Below the pieces are notes generated by a model that had not been told where the DNA came from, did not search any database, and saw only the letters and a list, made by a program, of their open reading frames with translations. Positions 16,265-25,533 of a DNA stretch of 39,032 bases are shown in pieces. This DNA comes from Candidatus Saccharimonadia bacterium. Its GTDB lineage: Bacteria; Patescibacteriota; Saccharimonadia; Saccharimonadales; CALFBO01. Numbering within the stretch: position 1 is the first letter of the stretch; the number at the start of each line of letters is the position of its first letter. Location: contig CALFBO010000056.1 of the NCBI GenBank assembly GCA_937951635.1, positions 1 through 39,032 of the forward strand, written 5' to 3'. Position numbers and translations under genes: made by a program.

Positions 16265-16923
16265 TATTTGAATGTCCTTGTTATTACGTTTAGATCAACT
16301 GTAGGCTGGTAGTAAGTAATCATGGAAAATGCACCTCGTAATTCTGTTGTTTTGCCCGATAGCGCTACATCCGAAAGACTTATTGGCCTGATGCTTCTTT
16401 CAATATTTTGCATGAACTGATTTATCTGGTCGTAACTGCCAGTTACGCTCATTGTGTACTCAATTTCGATAGGTCTTGGCTCTACTGCACTAACCTCGGC
16501 CTGGGTTTCTGCATCCTCTCCATCAAAGCTATCAAGTATAACGCCACTCTCTTCGGCCAGGACATCCATAGCTGTAGCTAGTGCGGGATAGTCATATCTG
16601 CTAGGAAGTGCGTCTAGTATTACAGTAGAGTTAGGACGTCCATTCTGCCCTGGTATAATTTCGCCTGCTGCTTCCAAGCTAGCAAAACTGGACTTAAGGC
16701 TTTTTGCGTTAGCTAAATTTGTTTCAAGCTTATCAAGCACCCTTTCCTTTTCGGCATGAAGGCGTTCGTTAAATCTCCATTGTCCGTACAGTGAGTTCAG
16801 TATTGCCAAAGAGAACGCAATTACTATTGCAGAAACCATGATGGTTATATACACAATCTTCGAAGAATTCTTTATCTTTACGTGCTTACTAATTACGTTG
16901 GCGTTAATGTTTGGTGATTTCAT
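16264..16923 (-). CDS. pilO: PilO-like pilus alignment protein
   Basis: One TM helix followed by a coiled-coil region (ERLHAEKERVLDKLETNLANAKSLKS). The position after pilN supports the call. I prefer the ATG at 16923 (GGAGGAG 6 nt upstream) over the longer track start at 16950. Confidence 0.55.
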   Translation of the reverse strand: MKSPNINANVISKHVKIKNSSKIVYITIMVSAIVIAFSLAILNSLYGQWRFNERLHAEKERVLDKLETNLANAKSLKSSFASLEAAGEIIPGQNGRPNSTVILDALPSRYDYPALATAMDVLAEESGVILDSFDGEDAETQAEVSAVEPRPIEIEYTMSVTGSYDQINQFMQNIERSIRPISLSDVALSGKTTELRGAFSMITYYQPTVDLNVITRTFK

Positions 16924-16924
16924 A

Positions 16925-17617
16925 TTAACTCTCCTCCCCTGCAGGCCCATTGAATAGTGATTTCGGCCTCTCTACCTCTGATCGTGTCGTAATACAACTT
17001 TCTTGGCCGCAGAAATTGGTAACCTGGACATCCAGGGCCTTGTCGGAAAACAATCCATCAGAATAAGTCGATGTTATCGAGAACGTTGTTAACTCGGAGT
17101 TGTCGGTCACCCTTACATCTGTTGTTACATCTTCAAAAGCCTTGTCGCTAGAACCGTCTTCGCCGATCTTGTATTCTGTGAACTTAAGCACGTCTGCAAA
17201 ACGATTTACTGCTAACGTATCTTCGGCCTCTCCTTTGAAATTAATCTCGGAATCTTCAAAATTAACTCTCACAGAATCGTAACTAACATTCTCGGGAGTG
17301 ATCGATGTCAAAATAGTCTGCAAGTTAGAGCTAAGCTCTTTATCGTCGTGTAGGCTGTCGAGTGATTCTAACTGAAGGCTTAAAGTCTGCACCTTGTCCA
17401 AATCTTGCTCGGACCTAATGCTTGTTATAATCGAGTTTATGTCGTCTTGCAACGAGTCGGTGTGTCTTTGCTGCCAAACCTTTACATAAACAAAAGCCAA
17501 AATCACCAAACCTATTAATATTGCAGAAAACAGGAAAGCAAGGATTTGGATAATCCTTTTAACCCTCTGGGACTTTATAAAGTCTGCTTTTACATCTGGT
17601 ACTAAATTTATATCCAT
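16925..17617 (-). CDS. pilN: PilN-like pilus alignment protein
   Basis: MDINLVPD... (the INLLP-type start), one TM helix, then a periplasmic-type domain. It starts 1 nt after the pilM stop. Confidence 0.65.
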   Translation of the reverse strand: MDINLVPDVKADFIKSQRVKRIIQILAFLFSAILIGLVILAFVYVKVWQQRHTDSLQDDINSIITSIRSEQDLDKVQTLSLQLESLDSLHDDKELSSNLQTILTSITPENVSYDSVRVNFEDSEINFKGEAEDTLAVNRFADVLKFTEYKIGEDGSSDKAFEDVTTDVRVTDNSELTTFSITSTYSDGLFSDKALDVQVTNFCGQESCITTRSEVERPKSLFNGPAGEES

Positions 17618-17618
17618 C

Positions 17619-18659
17619 TTATAGCTTCCTCTCTGCTAAACCGGCCGCAACAGCATACTGGTTGGATACGGCCATTAAATCGTTGTATGAACTTTTAGGA
17701 TAGCTAACATTCTGCCAGGCATTGCCTATTTCTACCGATGTGTTAACTTTGTTAACCAAATATACTGGAAAGTCAGGAAGAATAGAGGCCCTGCCGGTAA
17801 CGACAATCCTGCGTATCGGTATGTTTGTGTACCTGGTAGAAAAGAACTTAATTGACTTCTCAATTTCAAAAACAAGACTGTCTACAGTAGAAATAAGAGC
17901 TTTGTAGACTTGGCCTTCCAACTTGTTCTCAATTAGACCAAACTTATAAACAAACTGCATAGCCTGTTTTTCATCTACACCCAAGTTTTGCTGCGCAGAC
18001 TTTAGTAGGTTGTTGCCACCTGAAGGAATAGACCTGACCAGCCTAGGGGCATCTTTATATTGCAGTATTAGGTCGGTAGAATTTGCACCCATGTCCAAGA
18101 TCATTATCGCCTCTTGGCTCCCTGCCGGTATCAAAGAGCGGCTCAAAGCAAAAGCATCTGGCTCCATGGCTAGGACATTAAGACCTATTGATTCTAGTAA
18201 ATCGAGCCTGGTTTCAGAGAAGCGGTTACTTACACTGGCCAGTAAAACTTCGTCTTTGTCTTTGTGTATGGGTGATGGCCCGAGCAATATGTGGTCAATT
18301 TTGGACTCTGCAACAGACGTAGGTATGTATTGGTCTGCCTGGTATTTTATAGATTTTGCAAGTTCTTTGGGCGGAACCCTATCTATATCCACAACAGTAG
18401 TGAACATCTTGTTGGACGGTATGCCTACAACAACATTTCTAGTAGAAATCTTTGAATCATGTATGACTTTTTTTAAAGCCTCCATTAGTTGATTTTGCTT
18501 GGCGGCAGAATCGGCCTGTGTCGTGCTTGCATCTACAGCAATTGACCCGTACCTAACAAGGCTGCGGGTGTCGCCACTACCTCTTAACTGAACGACGCGT
18601 ATAGCGGTCGTTCCAATGTCCAAGGCAAAGAAATCGGTGATTGAACTTAGTAGTCCCAT
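17619..18659 (-). CDS. pilM: type IV pilus assembly protein PilM (actin-like ATPase fold)
   Basis: FALDIGTTAIRVVQL phosphate-1 type motif and ILDMGANSTDL second motif. 346 aa, followed by pilN/pilO. Confidence 0.85.
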   Translation of the reverse strand: MGLLSSITDFFALDIGTTAIRVVQLRGSGDTRSLVRYGSIAVDASTTQADSAAKQNQLMEALKKVIHDSKISTRNVVVGIPSNKMFTTVVDIDRVPPKELAKSIKYQADQYIPTSVAESKIDHILLGPSPIHKDKDEVLLASVSNRFSETRLDLLESIGLNVLAMEPDAFALSRSLIPAGSQEAIMILDMGANSTDLILQYKDAPRLVRSIPSGGNNLLKSAQQNLGVDEKQAMQFVYKFGLIENKLEGQVYKALISTVDSLVFEIEKSIKFFSTRYTNIPIRRIVVTGRASILPDFPVYLVNKVNTSVEIGNAWQNVSYPKSSYNDLMAVSNQYAVAAGLAERKL

Positions 18660-18711
18660 AGTTACTCACATTCTAACATAAGCATTATAGTTTTTATACA
18701 AGAAATCATTG

Positions 18712-21700
18712 TTAATATGCCGGCGGCAATTCATCTACGCTAATTATCCTAAACTGAGGCAGCAGGTCAGACACAAATGGAGCGGTCGCAATGTTAAAAT
18801 CTGGCGTGTGTCTAAACAATTCTGCCGGGCCCTGATTCGCGACTGCCCCACCAAATGTTCTGCGAAGCTTCAAGTCGTCACTAACAAAAGCCCCGTTGAT
18901 AATCAGCTGTTCAGAACAAAACGCGCTGGCGAGTCGGGCGGGCCCATTACTACATGTATCTATGCCCCCTTCTCGCGACACAAACAAACCGTCGAGCTGA
19001 CGAACTTCTGACACAATATCTATTTTTCCGCTCGCCACTAACATAAATATTGGAATGTCGTTATTGGGGTTAGCATCATCCAAGTTTGCACTATAATTGC
19101 CATTTACAATGTCCCCGTCAATGGTCACGTCTCCATTAATAATCAAGGTGATTCGCTTATTATTGCCTGCAACTGCAGAAAGATTTATATCACCTACATT
19201 GACGTTAAATCCAGGACCACCAGCATCATAAAAGTACTGGCCCGAAGATTGACCATCTGGGAAACTTGCCGACAATGAAGACAATACATTAACACCGCTA
19301 TGTTTATGATTTAGAAAACTGTAGTAATCCACTAGGCAAGGGCCCTTTAATCTATCTCCTGTATAAACGCCGACTGCGCCTACGTTTTCAAAAATTAAAG
19401 CATTAGGATTAATCGCAGGGTCATGACCACTAGCAATACCGTTTATATATCCACGGGCAATTGCCGCATGCTCCGAAACAGTTCCTACAGCCCCAGTAAA
19501 CACCCCTTCAATAAAACCAGTAGTATCATCTGACGCCCTACAGTAGCCCCGACCCTCTGGCTTATCGGGGTCTATCACGCCTCCAGCCCACAAACCACCA
19601 CCCTCGACTGTGAAGTAGGGCTGCTCACCCACCAGGAAACATCCTGTGTTAGCTTCGTTGCGTCTGGGCCCGTTGTTAATAATACTATCCGTTCCTGTTC
19701 GTCCTTTTACTATTGTTGCATCTACAACCATACAAATCCGGTCACCATAGGTAAGTGTTGTTGGTACAGGAAGTGAAAAGCTTTCGGTAAAACTGCTTCT
19801 GGCGGCTATATTTAGACCTGTTTTAGGTGTTGTGGTTGCCGTCCAAGGATGTGCCCAAACCACTCCATTTTTGGTAAACCTATAGGCAACACCAACCTTA
19901 CCGTCACCTGGACCACCCGCCCCATAAGACCCTCCCGAACCACCATTTCGAACTGTAACTCTAACGTCCCAAACTTGGCCGCCTTGTCTTGCCGCTTGAA
20001 TTGAAGACACGCTAGGTTTATTAATATCCCATACACTTACGACTCTTACAGAGCTTGTGCATCGCTGATTTATAACCTCCCCAGTGGGTATGTATCGCAC
20101 CGCCCATTCAAAATTGTATAAGCCTGCGGTATCTGGAGCTATTAGGGGAAGTGTAAATGTTTTTTGTTCTCCAGCATTAACTACATGCGGCGCAATGCTG
20201 GCGTTAACAATTCCAAATTCTTGTCCAAGCGACACAAGCTCATAGTTGGTGTTGGTCCATACCTGTGTACCTCTGTTCCTAAAGCTAACTTCAGCCTCAA
20301 AAGGATCTCCCACAGATACAAGCGTAGGTATATATATGCTAGTACACCTAGCTTGCCATGCATCGCAAACAATCTCTCTTGGGGATTCGAGTAAATCCTG
20401 CTCCCTGCCAGAGTTAAGCTCAACACCTCTTACGCTAACTTTAATGCTCCCACCATCTCGATAAGCTTCAGGGATGTCATATGTAAACCTGTGATTCCCT
20501 CCTGGATCGCCCCTGTCAATATCTGTGCTCGGTAAATTCGCCGCAGGAATGGTCAAAGCTAGATTGTACCCAGAACCATCCTTATTATCTATATAGACCC
20601 GAACCTCAACCGGCTCATCAAAATTGGTGGTGTCATATGCAAAGCCGCCTGCTCCATCGCATGAATGAAAGTCATATCTCCCTTCTATACTTGTATCGCA
20701 ACTAAAATTGAAATCAGGTGCATCAAAAGGTATCTTCGTGCGTATAGAGTTACTATGGCCCACATCTGCCCAGGTAACCCTGTAGTTATGCCCTGCATCT
20801 GGCTGAAAACTCCATGACCGCCACAACCTATCGTCCTCATTTGTACCTAAGGTGCCATCGCTAACACTCCTATAAACCTCTCCTGTGGTAACATTTTCAA
20901 AAATTGCCCTTGTCAAGTTTGGGCTCCATTCACTACCCACCCCATCCAAATCGGTCCCATAGCCAACACCAGAAAATTCAATTCTTTGAATACCTCCGCT
21001 GTAATCACATGGCGCGGCAAATTCAATAAATGTATTGAATCTATCATGCTTACTGCCAGAACCGCGTATTATTTGGCTGATTTCAATAGGATTTGCAGGG
21101 TTACTATTGGTCCCAATCGGCCCAACATGTCCGCCTGAAGCTGATACTTTGAATGCATTTATAAGGTTGCTGTAATTGCCAGGGCTGTTTAGTACATGTA
21201 TGTAGCCAGATGTAGAATCGCTATCGGCATCGTATGTTAGTTTATCGGAGTTCATATTCAAATAACTCCAATCTGCCGCAGACATGCCTGCGCTACTGTA
21301 AACAGAACAGCTGCCACTAAAACTTGCACCTGGACAAAAATAAAAATTCTGAATAAATCCGGGGTCAGAAGGTCCACCCGATGCGCTACCGGTACAATTT
21401 TTTTGCATCTCTATCAACACTGTAGAAGTAGCCGAACCCGGACCTACCCCATCGATGCCACTGTTTGGACTGGAAGGGTCTGGCATACATAAAAGCCCAT
21501 CATAAATACCAATTAATTTTCCTGAACTAGTTACGTCGCCAGGGTAACTTACCTTCAATACAAGATACCTCGTGTTGTACCAGCTTTCTTCTTCGGTAGA
21601 GATTTCTGCATAAAGGTTTAAGTTACTGGCAGCTATGTCATGAGAATGTTTTTCTGTCGCAAAAACCTTGTCGTAGGTTAATAGACTCAAGACGCTAAGG

Positions 21701-21741
21701 GCTAGCACTAGCAATAACTTTCTACCCACTTGAACCCCCAT
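18712..21741 (-). CDS. large secreted protein (1009 aa), first gene of the pilM operon; putative pilus-associated surface protein
   Basis: Signal-peptide-like N-terminus (RKLLLVLALSVLSLLTYDKVFA). Central Ig-like segments, e.g. VSFRNRGTQVWTNTNYELVSLGQ...GEQKTFTLPLIAPDTAGLYNFEWAVRY and VRVTVRNGGSG. The C-terminal region is G/N/D-rich and looks beta-helix-like. No confident family call. Confidence 0.75.
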   Translation of the reverse strand: MGVQVGRKLLLVLALSVLSLLTYDKVFATEKHSHDIAASNLNLYAEISTEEESWYNTRYLVLKVSYPGDVTSSGKLIGIYDGLLCMPDPSSPNSGIDGVGPGSATSTVLIEMQKNCTGSASGGPSDPGFIQNFYFCPGASFSGSCSVYSSAGMSAADWSYLNMNSDKLTYDADSDSTSGYIHVLNSPGNYSNLINAFKVSASGGHVGPIGTNSNPANPIEISQIIRGSGSKHDRFNTFIEFAAPCDYSGGIQRIEFSGVGYGTDLDGVGSEWSPNLTRAIFENVTTGEVYRSVSDGTLGTNEDDRLWRSWSFQPDAGHNYRVTWADVGHSNSIRTKIPFDAPDFNFSCDTSIEGRYDFHSCDGAGGFAYDTTNFDEPVEVRVYIDNKDGSGYNLALTIPAANLPSTDIDRGDPGGNHRFTYDIPEAYRDGGSIKVSVRGVELNSGREQDLLESPREIVCDAWQARCTSIYIPTLVSVGDPFEAEVSFRNRGTQVWTNTNYELVSLGQEFGIVNASIAPHVVNAGEQKTFTLPLIAPDTAGLYNFEWAVRYIPTGEVINQRCTSSVRVVSVWDINKPSVSSIQAARQGGQVWDVRVTVRNGGSGGSYGAGGPGDGKVGVAYRFTKNGVVWAHPWTATTTPKTGLNIAARSSFTESFSLPVPTTLTYGDRICMVVDATIVKGRTGTDSIINNGPRRNEANTGCFLVGEQPYFTVEGGGLWAGGVIDPDKPEGRGYCRASDDTTGFIEGVFTGAVGTVSEHAAIARGYINGIASGHDPAINPNALIFENVGAVGVYTGDRLKGPCLVDYYSFLNHKHSGVNVLSSLSASFPDGQSSGQYFYDAGGPGFNVNVGDINLSAVAGNNKRITLIINGDVTIDGDIVNGNYSANLDDANPNNDIPIFMLVASGKIDIVSEVRQLDGLFVSREGGIDTCSNGPARLASAFCSEQLIINGAFVSDDLKLRRTFGGAVANQGPAELFRHTPDFNIATAPFVSDLLPQFRIISVDELPPAY

Positions 21742-22285
21742 GCAGCTCGGATCTTCGTAGGTCTACGATACCTGAATCAAGCGCATTATCACTTACTATA
21801 CTCTGCATTTGCGCCAAAATAGTTTTTGCAGCATCTAAGTCGTCTGCTGCAAGGAGTATTGTTATTTTAAAGTCCATAGCTACAACTAAAATAGATTTAT
21901 CGGATTGTGCTCCAACTTTTTCCACCAGCAGGTCTATGCAGGGCATGTTATCTTGCGATGCACATGCATCACCAAGAGCAATGACCTTGGATTTATACTC
22001 CTGGCTGTCTGGATTTGGCAATTCGGCCAGTTTAGTCTGAAAATTGGCACTTGTTTCTTGCTTCACACTAACACCGTCTACGGCATTTTGAGAAATTTGT
22101 TGGTTAACATCTTGTAGCTCTGTATCTGTGATCGGCCTCGTATTGTTCGACTCGAGTTTGTTTTTGGCATCAGAAATCTTATCAATAAGCTTTCCATCCT
22201 TCAAGAAGTACCAACCTGCTAATCCAAGCAAAAACACCAGTACTATAAATACAAGAAAGTTTCTTTTTCGATTTGTAGGTGGCAT
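21722..22285 (-). CDS. hypothetical N-terminally anchored protein
   Basis: 187 aa with one TM helix (FLVFIVLVFLLGLAGWYF). Its stop overlaps the start of the 1009-aa gene by 20 nt. Confidence 0.5.
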   Translation of the reverse strand: MPPTNRKRNFLVFIVLVFLLGLAGWYFLKDGKLIDKISDAKNKLESNNTRPITDTELQDVNQQISQNAVDGVSVKQETSANFQTKLAELPNPDSQEYKSKVIALGDACASQDNMPCIDLLVEKVGAQSDKSILVVAMDFKITILLAADDLDAAKTILAQMQSIVSDNALDSGIVDLRRSELHGGSSG

Positions 22286-22296
22286 TTATTTCCCAA

Positions 22297-22351
22297 CCCC
22301 TTTTAAAAGCTTATGTTAAATATACCAAAAAGCTTGAAAATTTAACATAGC
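22297..22351 (-). terminator. hairpin terminator candidate after the DUF457-like gene
   Basis: ATGTTAAAT / ATTTAACAT 9-bp stem (about 22313-22348) with a large loop. On the minus strand it is followed by TTTTAAAAGG. The stem is AT-rich, so this is moderate at best. Confidence 0.4.
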
Positions 22352-22418
22352 ACTTTGTCGGCCCTTTACTGACACTAATCATAAAACACCTCGCTGCAAA
22401 CTTTCAAAATCGCACAGA

Positions 22419-22925
22419 CTACCCAAATAGCTTTTTGAATAGAATACCGTCAAAATAAAGATGGCTCACGTACCCAAAAACTGCAGCGCCATAATACGGC
22501 AACCCTAGCAATGGAGTACTTTGATTGTTGAGCGCCGGAAGCACAAGCAAGGGTAGTGGAACTAGCAAGATTGACCATCTAAAATGAGTCCACCCACGGT
22601 GCTTGGACAATACAGGCAGAGCCCCAATCAGGCCCAAGAGTGCAGACTCCTGGTACCTGGCAGTAGCTATTAACCAAACGTCCGTAACCACAAACACAGA
22701 ATAATATAACTTTTGAGCATGCGAGTTTGTGTCGATATCGGGAAAAAGACCAAACAGAACTGTTATGCCCAATAATGTTACCGGAAAGGCATAGCCGCTA
22801 AAAAAGTGCTCCCCTCTTGGCAACAAATCCACAGCAAAAACTAATGAAATTATTACAAGATACACAACCCCAAAAAATATCGAACCAGCGACGTGACCTT
22901 TATAATTTGCCATAATATTCCCCAC
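22419..22925 (-). CDS. membrane-bound metal-dependent hydrolase, YdjM/DUF457-like
   Basis: 168 aa, multi-TM. N-terminal KGHVAGS and an internal HRGWTH motif are typical of this family. Confidence 0.6.
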   Translation of the reverse strand: MGNIMANYKGHVAGSIFFGVVYLVIISLVFAVDLLPRGEHFFSGYAFPVTLLGITVLFGLFPDIDTNSHAQKLYYSVFVVTDVWLIATARYQESALLGLIGALPVLSKHRGWTHFRWSILLVPLPLLVLPALNNQSTPLLGLPYYGAAVFGYVSHLYFDGILFKKLFG

Positions 22926-23055
22926 GTTCTTAACTACTTCACTATAGCACTTTGGTCACAAATAAAATTCAACTACTGCAAAGCAAACCTCGTATTAAAA
23001 ATTTGGCTATTACCTTTGTGCGAGACTATGGTTCAAGCATGGATGGCTAAGAGCC

Positions 23056-24360
23056 CTACCCTACTCCTGCTAAATTTGAATTTGTTGCAGCCCTATATTT
23101 AGATGTACCATCTTCGAGCCATTGTTTTGCAAAGTCAAATTTGCTCCAGTAGTCGCCATCTTTAAATCTTTCATCTTGCAGTATCTTTGTTAGGTCATCG
23201 ACGATATTATCAGACCAAGGATAGGCGGCCCTCACCTCTTCAGTAAACTGATCCCTGGCAGTTCTATCTTCACCTCTTTCGGCATATGCCCGAATGGCTA
23301 AGTCTGTATCAAGCGGAGAAAGCCCTGCATTAAGAAGCTTGAAAAACAGCTCTCTTTCACCTAGGTAATAAACTTTTAGTCCTTCCTTGTCTGGCTGCAT
23401 ATATCGAGTAAGAGTCTCAGTAACTGCTTCTTTGTACCATGTATCCATTTCCTCATCACTCTGTATTACAGCATGGGTTAGCTCATGGTCTATATGGTGC
23501 TGATCATGTATCTTTGCAACTTCTATTACGCCATTGAGGTGATGACCAAACCTATCCATGGTAAACAATAAATCTTCTCCAACTAAGATATTACCCGAAT
23601 CAAAAGCCGCAAGACGATCCATGACTACCTCAGGTAGCAGCCCTTCATCAACAAGCAATTGCAGGCGTTGGCCGTAAATAACTTTTTCACGTTCGAACAT
23701 CGCTCGGGTTTCGGGTTGAGCATTGATCTTTTCGTACTTATCGACATTCCACTGCAAAAAATTAGTTAGCTGTTCGTCTGTAGCGCCAGACTCACCATCC
23801 TGTCCACCAGCAAGCCACTCAAAAAGACTCTTGTGTTCGCCCGCTTCTTTGAGACTGGATTCATATGCATCTCGAACTATTTGCGGCATTTCTTTATGAA
23901 AATTGGCCTGGGCTGCACTAGCGGCATCGTAATCTTGATTCGACTTCTTATTTGCCCGCTCACTATATAGCCTAAACCGTCCACGTGCGTTTTTTTGCCA
24001 CATTTCAAGGTTAGCTTGCTTGTAACCAAGCATTTCTTTGGCATTTCTAGCACGAGGCTCAATAGAATAATCACGTTTTAACTTACGCTCGTCAGGCGTA
24101 AGTACTTCATCTTCGCGTCCAGCAAGCTTGAGGACAAGCCGACTCAACCTTGGCACTCTAGAATCAAGAGGGTCTGGTCTATCACCTAGCTCAGCTTTGT
24201 AATCAAGTGCTGCGTCGAGGTTGCCAGAGTGAATCATCTCCTGAGCGACCACTTCGCTACCCTCGGCGACATGATAGCCAAATACTGAAAAGTTAGGTGA
24301 ACGTTCCATACGTTCTGGAACAGATAAATCGGGTACGCTTTTAGTATTTAAATTTGGCAT
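23056..24360 (-). CDS. hypothetical protein with HExxH zincin motif (HELTHAVIQ)
   Basis: 434 aa with no signal peptide or TM helix seen. Charged helical N-terminal two-thirds, then IDHELTHAVIQSDEE. Confidence 0.6.
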   Translation of the reverse strand: MPNLNTKSVPDLSVPERMERSPNFSVFGYHVAEGSEVVAQEMIHSGNLDAALDYKAELGDRPDPLDSRVPRLSRLVLKLAGREDEVLTPDERKLKRDYSIEPRARNAKEMLGYKQANLEMWQKNARGRFRLYSERANKKSNQDYDAASAAQANFHKEMPQIVRDAYESSLKEAGEHKSLFEWLAGGQDGESGATDEQLTNFLQWNVDKYEKINAQPETRAMFEREKVIYGQRLQLLVDEGLLPEVVMDRLAAFDSGNILVGEDLLFTMDRFGHHLNGVIEVAKIHDQHHIDHELTHAVIQSDEEMDTWYKEAVTETLTRYMQPDKEGLKVYYLGERELFFKLLNAGLSPLDTDLAIRAYAERGEDRTARDQFTEEVRAAYPWSDNIVDDLTKILQDERFKDGDYWSKFDFAKQWLEDGTSKYRAATNSNLAGVG

Positions 24361-24610
24361 TTCTGTTTTTGTGTATTAACTATATATAGAGTAGCATATT
24401 TTTTACTTTTATGCAACATTGTTTTTCTTATGTTGGGGCTACTCACTAGCCTAAGGCCCACTAGATTGGTTGAGTGTGGAAGTAGCCAGCCAGTGACCAG
24501 AACACATGCCTGTATGGCATTAGGCTTTATGAGTCATTTACCGAAATGCCCTCACTTGAATCATGCACGTCGAACCAACTGCGCACACTCATTGCTGCGA
24601 TCACAACAAA

Positions 24611-25441
24611 TCAAGTAGTATAGGACAGCCGATTCCACAACTGAGGAGCTGACAGAGGATTTGCATATCCTAGATAAACCGCAGAGTGTTTATAGGTACC
24701 TGCTGTGTCTACGTCCCCCCGACTCATAGCATCCTGTATTGTATCCGCAGCGCCTGAATTTACCTGATCACGCGCGGCTTGAATACCATCAATAAAACCA
24801 CCAGAGTAATAGCCCAAGATATCTTCTATCTGTTCAGGTTCAAAGCCAAGACTGGACAGCTCGCGTCGCATGGTCTCTTGAGCTATTCCTTCCGCAAAGC
24901 GTTCGTGCTCAACAATCGTGGCATCAGCGCCGGCAACAAAACGGTTTTCCTCAGCACCAACTACGATTTGCGATAAAGATCGTACACTGAGGGCGCTCTC
25001 AGCATCATGCATCTGCACCCGTTCATGCGCAGCTTGAAGTGCATGACCAGCTTCGTGAGCCGTAATCCAAAAAAGCGCCATAATGAGCGCATTTTCCTCA
25101 TCAACACCTGCTTGCATTATATGCTGAGCGCGCTTCTCTATAATCCCGTCACCAACGATAATGGATATCGAACCATCTGTTTCGCCCGTGTGGCCAAAAA
25201 CTGTGTCGTGGAACTTTGCGCTGTTTACATCCTCTCCACCGATCCCTACTTCTAATCTCCCCAGCATTTCATCAAAAACCGAGGCAGTTTCCCTGCCGGC
25301 ACCCAAGTCGTTCACAGTAGCTGAGACTGCGCCAAGAGCATCGCGCATTACTTCTGCTTGACTATCTATAAACCTAAGCGATTCATATGCTTGTACAACT
25401 TCAGCCCCTGGTTGACCTTGAAGTTCCTGCAATTGTGGCAT
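24611..25441 (-). CDS. hypothetical protein with HExxH zincin motif (HEAGHALQ)
   Basis: 276 aa with no signal peptide seen. Carries the WITAHEAGHALQAAHE motif. Confidence 0.6.
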   Translation of the reverse strand: MPQLQELQGQPGAEVVQAYESLRFIDSQAEVMRDALGAVSATVNDLGAGRETASVFDEMLGRLEVGIGGEDVNSAKFHDTVFGHTGETDGSISIIVGDGIIEKRAQHIMQAGVDEENALIMALFWITAHEAGHALQAAHERVQMHDAESALSVRSLSQIVVGAEENRFVAGADATIVEHERFAEGIAQETMRRELSSLGFEPEQIEDILGYYSGGFIDGIQAARDQVNSGAADTIQDAMSRGDVDTAGTYKHSAVYLGYANPLSAPQLWNRLSYTT

Positions 25442-25533
25442 GATTTTTATCTTTTATTTACTTAATGAATATTAACATATTATTGCTATTTATTCAATGT
25501 TATTCTTTGTTTCTATTCTGCTATACTGTCTTC

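Noticed and set aside
25465-25533. Longer N-termini from the ORF track for ychF (25465), rpsF (30049), pilO (16950) and the 7343-7963 gene
   Set aside because: The downstream ATGs align with the conserved protein N-termini or have proper Shine-Dalgarno sequences. The extensions are non-homologous or overlap upstream genes.
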